From NCBI GenBank assembly GCA_963816145.1, contig CAWFJP010000030.1, positions 544,001 through 608,000 of the forward strand: a stretch of DNA of 64,000 nt. The letters are read 5' to 3'. Below the pieces are notes generated by a model that ran no database searches, was not told where the DNA came from, and worked only from the letters and a program-made list of their open reading frames with translations. A program made the translations under genes and the position numbers. Numbering within the stretch: the first letter of the stretch is position 1; every line of letters begins with the position of its first letter. The DNA comes from an uncultured delta proteobacterium (GTDB taxonomy: Bacteria; Desulfobacterota; Binatia; UBA9968). Shown here one piece after another: positions 62,892-64,000 of the stretch.

Positions 62892-64000
62892 TTATGTCAC
62901 CTTCCTTTGAATCACTTTTAGCAGTGAGTTTTCATCGTTGACCATTTCAAACAAGCAGCCGGCGGCCCGGGCCGCCTGTTCATCGCGTTCATCATCACCG
63001 ATGTAAAGCGTCCGTGTGAGATCCAAATCATGCGCTTTCTGTGCCTCAAACAGCATGCCAGGTTTCGGTTTTCGGCACGCACAACCGGCATCCCATTCAT
63101 GGGGGCAGTAATAGATCGCCTCAATTTCGCCTCCGGCCTGTCTGACCTCTTCCAGCATCCGCTTGTGAATCTCACCCAAGTCGGCATCCGCCATTAGTCC
63201 GCGGCCGATTCCCGCTTGATTAGACACGATTACGGTGCGATAGCCGGCTTTAGTAAGCAGTCGCAACGCCTCTTTAGCTCCCGGCAGCCAATGAAAATCG
63301 TCCCAGGTCCGCACATACTGAGCGGGTGGCGGCTTCAAATTCAGAACTCCGTCACGGTCGAGGATCACGGTGGGTACGCGGCTGAAGAAGGATTCCGTTA
63401 ACGGCAGTCGATGCAACGCGCCAACGCTGTAGTAGCGGTGGTCGGTGCTAAAAGCCAACAACTGACGTTCCCGGGCGAGCCGGGCGTACAACGCATCTTC
63501 TACCGAAACATTGCTGTCCGGCAGCAATTCAACGAGCGCTTTATCGACCAACGCATAGCTGATTTCGACGCCTTGCAGCGCCGGCGCCGTGCAAGTTTTG
63601 TCGTAAACCTCGACGTACCCATCCGAACCCACACGCACGCTGTTACGGGTGTAACCGTCCTTGTTGGTATAAACCGTAATCATCGCGCGGACCGAAGACG
63701 CGACAAATCTTGCCCACATTTTGGCGAAATTCATCGGCCAGTAGTTATCGCAGTAGAGCAATAGAAAATGGCGATCCAAAAGCGGCGTGGCCTGTTTGAG
63801 ACGTCGCGCGGTCTCGTCTTCAGGCGCGGTTACCGAATATTCTATTTTAACGCCCCAGTGATGACCGTCTCCGAAATAATCCTGAACAACTTCAGGAAGA
63901 TATCCCAGCAACAATAATACCCTTTCGAATCCCTGATCCCGCATTTGCTCGATTTGGTAAGCCAGGAACGGATGGCCACGGATCTCGACCATCGGTTTTG
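62892..64000 (-). CDS. Sugar-phosphate nucleotidyltransferase (HddC-like) fused to GmhB-type HAD phosphatase; 5' end outside window
   Basis: KPMVEIRGHPFL, LLYCDNY; LDRDGVL, VSNQAGI, YCPH...CACRKPKPGM, IGDDERD. Confidence 0.85.
   Translation of the reverse strand, partial: KPMVEIRGHPFLAYQIEQMRDQGFERVLLLLGYLPEVVQDYFGDGHHWGVKIEYSVTAPEDETARRLKQATPLLDRHFLLLYCDNYWPMNFAKMWARFVASSVRAMITVYTNKDGYTRNSVRVGSDGYVEVYDKTCTAPALQGVEISYALVDKALVELLPDSNVSVEDALYARLARERQLLAFSTDHRYYSVGALHRLPLTESFFSRVPTVILDRDGVLNLKPPPAQYVRTWDDFHWLPGAKEALRLLTKAGYRTVIVSNQAGIGRGLMADADLGEIHKRMLEEVRQAGGEIEAIYYCPHEWDAGCACRKPKPGMLFEAQKAHDLDLTRTLYIGDDERDEQAARAAGCLFEMVNDENSLLKVIQRKVT

Larger units (their letters stand above)
32856..64000. 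mobile_element. Probable genomic island starting at the selC 3' end (no integrase in window; right end not seen)
   Basis: Abrupt drop in GC and codon bias, loss of the intergenic repeat families, decayed tRNA ends, accessory glycan genes. Confidence 0.55.

Noticed and set aside
32856-64000. Direct repeat of the selC 3' end marking the far island boundary
   Set aside because: Not found within the window, so island status rests on composition and content only

Overview
Bacterial chromosomal window with two compositionally distinct halves. Left half (1 to ~32.9 kb, high GC): trmJ, isochorismatase-family hydrolase, LVIVD protein, GST, ybaL, mutM, a stand-alone carboxyltransferase, cupin, MFS, azlCD, an alternating Rieske oxygenase / solute-binding protein cluster, selA-selB-selD (selD has an in-frame UGA read as Sec and a SECIS-like hairpin), a glycogen operon (malQ glgB glgA glgC plus a frameshifted GH57 gene) and tRNA-Sec. 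Its intergenic spaces carry at least six short-repeat/REP families. Right half (after selC, visibly lower GC, none of those repeats seen): an apparent island with decayed tRNA 3' fragments at its edge, an orphan sigma-54 regulator and a surface-glycan locus (heptose activation, C-methyltransferase, DUF4910, WecA-like fusion, two paralogous secreted beta-helix proteins). The best candidate for an undescribed system is the minus-strand run cysD-cysNC-PqqD/RRE-HprK-like kinase-64 aa peptide-decayed second kinase-nucleotidyltransferase-Cys-less UDP-sugar dehydrogenase, which looks like a RiPP-type peptide-modification module embedded in a glycan island. Many single-base insertions break genes at 31-32, 46-48, 52-56.5 and 61.4 kb and may be assembly errors. 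All family calls come from motif recognition by eye; no searches were run.
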